Shown one piece after another: positions 23,572 to 25,996 of a DNA stretch of 25,996 nt. Position numbers and translations under genes: made by a program. This DNA comes from a virus (lineage: Duplodnaviria > Caudoviricetes), in IMG/VR virus record IMGVR_UViG_3300005805_000421, positions 1 to 25,996 of that record. One strand, given 5' to 3'. The first letter of the stretch is position 1. Each line of letters starts with the position of its first letter. The notes below the pieces were generated by a model. That model worked only from the letters and a program-made list of their open reading frames with translations, searched no databases and was not told the origin of the DNA.

Positions 23572-23779
23572 CTATATGATCGACAAATCACCCAATGAGA
23601 AGATGGCGTTAAATGATGCTGCTGCGGTAGCGGGGCACTTTATCGAAGCCAATGGGGTGTATGACTTTATGAAGTTTACGCCAGATCAGTTTGACGAATT
23701 CATCGAAGCCATCGTCACAGCCTATGTGGAGTCTCTACAGGCCCAGAAGGTGGCAACGGACGGAGTTCGCTTTCCCTAA
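23435..23779 (+). CDS. DUF6511-like protein (start uncertain)
   Basis: CPMCSREARGF...FCSMPC...MIDKSPNE...IVTAYVESL; usual neighbour of this helicase. Confidence 0.7.
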   Translation: MASTRRLSSFGLCPMCSREARGFLYIPPPGATRPQARFCSMPCMDDYMIDKSPNEKMALNDAAAVAGHFIEANGVYDFMKFTPDQFDEFIEAIVTAYVESLQAQKVATDGVRFP

Positions 23780-23909
23780 CGAAGCCATGCCCTTGGCAGC
23801 GTTCATCGTTGAATTTAACGGCCACGAAGCCGGCGTATTTGGAGTGTGAGCACCAGCCTTCGTCCTCGTAAGTCTTGATAAAATGACGGCACTCAGTGCA
23901 CCGGCTCAT
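23715..23909 (-). CDS. Small Cys-rich protein (64 aa)
   Basis: ATG 23909 coupled to the phosphoesterase stop; CTECRHF...GWC...C. Confidence 0.6.
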   Translation of the reverse strand: MSRCTECRHFIKTYEDEGWCSHSKYAGFVAVKFNDERCQGHGFVRESELRPLPPSGPVETPHRL

Positions 23910-24904
23910 ATCTCTTTCCCCCGGAACCAAGCTTTACCATGTTCGACGATACACAGTTCCGGCTGAAGCATCTTACCGCCCACAAACGTAATGACGGCAA
24001 AGCCCGATGCCCAATTGACGGGGCCGGCTTCGGTGTAGTTGAACTGAGGCCCATATGGTTCCGCCAGCGTGCCTGTGTCTACACCGTATCTACGACCACG
24101 ATAGTCGCTCCAAGGCGTAACCTGAAGCTTGTGAAGGTGACCATGAACGTATGACACCCCAGCCCGTAGGGTGCTGTTATACGAAGCGTGTATCCCACCA
24201 GATACAGGGCGGTGCCGAATTGAAAGCCACCCATCCGTTTTGGGGTTGATATGGAGCGCCCACGTTGCATGCCAGCTTGGCAGGTAATCAAACAGCGTTG
24301 ACCCCGGTAGCTCTTCAATCTCCGGCACATTAGACGACAGGTAGTTTTCAAACCGGGCATCGTGGTTGCCAATGGTGCGAATGAACTTGGCATTGGGCGC
24401 AGCCCGTTCGATCTCCGCGCATCGGTCTTGAACAGCATGCAGTTCGTCTTTAAGCGAAGGCTGCTTTTCCCACATGATTCTGGCGTGCCGGCTGATCTTG
24501 GCCCCGTCCAAAATGTCTCCGTTGAGCACCACCATGCGTGGACTAATCTGCTTAGCTAACCGGCAAAAGGCTTGATGAGCGGTGCTGACAATACCGGGCC
24601 AGTAATGCGCATCACTTGCGACCATGATTACGCCGTCAAGCAGCTTTTCACTGATCTCTTTGTGATAAATCCTTTCGCGCTTTTCAGCAGACTCCTGTCT
24701 TGACTTGCGCAGGTTTGTCTTGCTATTTCCGTAGCCCAACCTAGCAGTTTTGCTAGCCAGAACAATGCCGAGTTTTGACTCAAGCCTTTCTCGACGGCCA
24801 TGTACGCTACGGACTGCTAAGTTAAGATATTCAGCGACTTTTTTAGGTTCCTCAAAACGACGCCATGCTTCAACAAATTCTTCATTACTCACTTTTTGCG
24901 GCAC
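23906..24904 (-). CDS. Calcineurin-like metallophosphoesterase with N-terminal HTH-like region
   Basis: SDAH, LNGDILD, IGNHD, VHGHLH motifs. Confidence 0.9.
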   Translation of the reverse strand: MPQKVSNEEFVEAWRRFEEPKKVAEYLNLAVRSVHGRRERLESKLGIVLASKTARLGYGNSKTNLRKSRQESAEKRERIYHKEISEKLLDGVIMVASDAHYWPGIVSTAHQAFCRLAKQISPRMVVLNGDILDGAKISRHARIMWEKQPSLKDELHAVQDRCAEIERAAPNAKFIRTIGNHDARFENYLSSNVPEIEELPGSTLFDYLPSWHATWALHINPKTDGWLSIRHRPVSGGIHASYNSTLRAGVSYVHGHLHKLQVTPWSDYRGRRYGVDTGTLAEPYGPQFNYTEAGPVNWASGFAVITFVGGKMLQPELCIVEHGKAWFRGKEI

Positions 24905-25112
24905 GATTCACCTTTATTCCAAGTTCTTTACGACGAGCGTCGGTGGACTTGTCATCTCGGGTGGCTCGCCACTCCAAGTGCCCATCTTCAAGACGGAACT
25001 CTTCCTTGTGCACTAACGCACAATCGCAACACTCTGTGTGTGTATATCCCCGGACGCGATACCATTTGCCGTCCTCAATCTGGACGGGGGTGTACTTGTC
25101 CTTCTTTTTCAT
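24885..25112 (-). CDS. Small conserved protein with CCDCxLVH motif
   Basis: ECCDCALVH; lies between the virion gene and the phosphoesterase. Confidence 0.75.
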   Translation of the reverse strand: MKKKDKYTPVQIEDGKWYRVRGYTHTECCDCALVHKEEFRLEDGHLEWRATRDDKSTDARRKELGIKVNRAAKSE

Positions 25113-25122
25113 GGGGTTGACT

Positions 25123-25996
25123 CTATCTGCTTGCGTACCTTCTTAGCAAGAGTTCTTCTTGTGGCGTGTATGCAACGCCGCCACGGGCTTTTTTGATCCG
25201 CTGCGCCTCTTGATCGTGAAGGCGCTGAGCATAGGCATCGCTTTCTTCTTGGGTGCCAAAAGCGCCAAGATGCTTACGAGTCTTGTTAAAGTAATCAACG
25301 GCTTCTTTTTCGGAAACAACACGACCATTAATTACAGTGGGAATAACGTAATGTTTGCCATCTTGTTCAATACCAATTGTAAGAACAGTGCTGTAAGAGC
25401 CATCAGGGTTACGCACCTTGGGCAGTTTAGAAACGTCAATGTTACCGGGTTCAACTAAGCCGCCCTCAGCCATCCCGCTAGCCTGAGCAGTCGGCATCAG
25501 TCGCGCCAATACTTGATCAGCGTATTCCCCTACCGTTGGAGCATTTGGGTTTTTGGAGTCTCGGCGGTTTCTAGCAATACCGCTTTCTGATACTGCGCTG
25601 GGACCACCGTAATACGCCGCAGCAATCTTTTCCGGGTCGTTGTCGTACATGTCGGCCAGATAACGGATATACGCTACGCCTGCTTCTAACCGATGCTGCG
25701 GGTTATTCAGTTCGTAGTCTTGAGGCAAATAGCCTTTGTTTTGGACTTCTTGAAAAGCCTTTGGGGTAACTTGCATACCACCGGCTGCGCCAGCATAGTT
25801 TTCTTGTTCAGCCGCAGGGTTAGTGCCGCTAGAAGACTCCTGCTCATAAATTGATTCTATAAGCGGCCTAAGCCCTTCTGCGTTTTGGGATGTAATGGCT
25901 TGGTCAATCTCTGAACTGTCGCCCTCAAAAGGCTCAGGCTCGGCTTCTGGAGCCGCCTCTTCAGTTCCGGCATCCCCATAGGCTTCGTAAATCTTC
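25123..25996 (-). CDS. Internal virion protein, 3' part, with lytic transglycosylase (SLT) domain (5' truncated)
   Basis: Frame is open from 25123 to the window end. IYEQESS (catalytic Glu), GAAGGMQVTP and IAAAYYGGP, then a second domain GNIDV...NPDGSYSTV...IPTV...HLGAF. Confidence 0.85.
   Translation of the reverse strand, partial: KIYEAYGDAGTEEAAPEAEPEPFEGDSSEIDQAITSQNAEGLRPLIESIYEQESSSGTNPAAEQENYAGAAGGMQVTPKAFQEVQNKGYLPQDYELNNPQHRLEAGVAYIRYLADMYDNDPEKIAAAYYGGPSAVSESGIARNRRDSKNPNAPTVGEYADQVLARLMPTAQASGMAEGGLVEPGNIDVSKLPKVRNPDGSYSTVLTIGIEQDGKHYVIPTVINGRVVSEKEAVDYFNKTRKHLGAFGTQEESDAYAQRLHDQEAQRIKKARGGVAYTPQEELLLRRYASR

Noticed and set aside
1-25996. Prophage boundaries, integrase, tRNA or rRNA genes
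   Set aside because: None recognised; the entire window reads as phage sequence.

Overview
This is about 26 kb of a tailed dsDNA phage genome (Caudoviricetes, probably podovirus-like with a proteobacterial host; both assignments are inference). The left end, on the minus strand, carries a partial portal gene and a terminase large subunit with a 127-aa mini-intein in Walker B. An ArdC antirestriction gene in the opposite orientation separates terL from terS, flanked by two repeat-rich non-coding regions (candidate genome-end/packaging and origin regions). Next is a plus-strand run of about 25 small early genes, many translationally coupled, and a cassette of 2 SAM methyltransferases and 3 glycosyltransferases. 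A divergent replication/recombination module follows: primase-polymerase, RusA and a double-HTH regulator on the minus strand; Sak4-like ATPase, DUF669 SSB, Cas4-like exonuclease, SF2 helicase and DUF6511 on the plus strand. The right end holds a metallophosphoesterase and the 3' part of a virion lytic-transglycosylase protein. The most striking unannotated element is a ~90-nt ORF-less unit at ~15820-15909 with its own sigma70 promoter and terminator. It is built of modules complementary to the SD and start-codon regions of several of the phage's own early genes, making it a candidate multi-target anti-RBS small RNA. All family assignments come from recalled motifs, not database searches.
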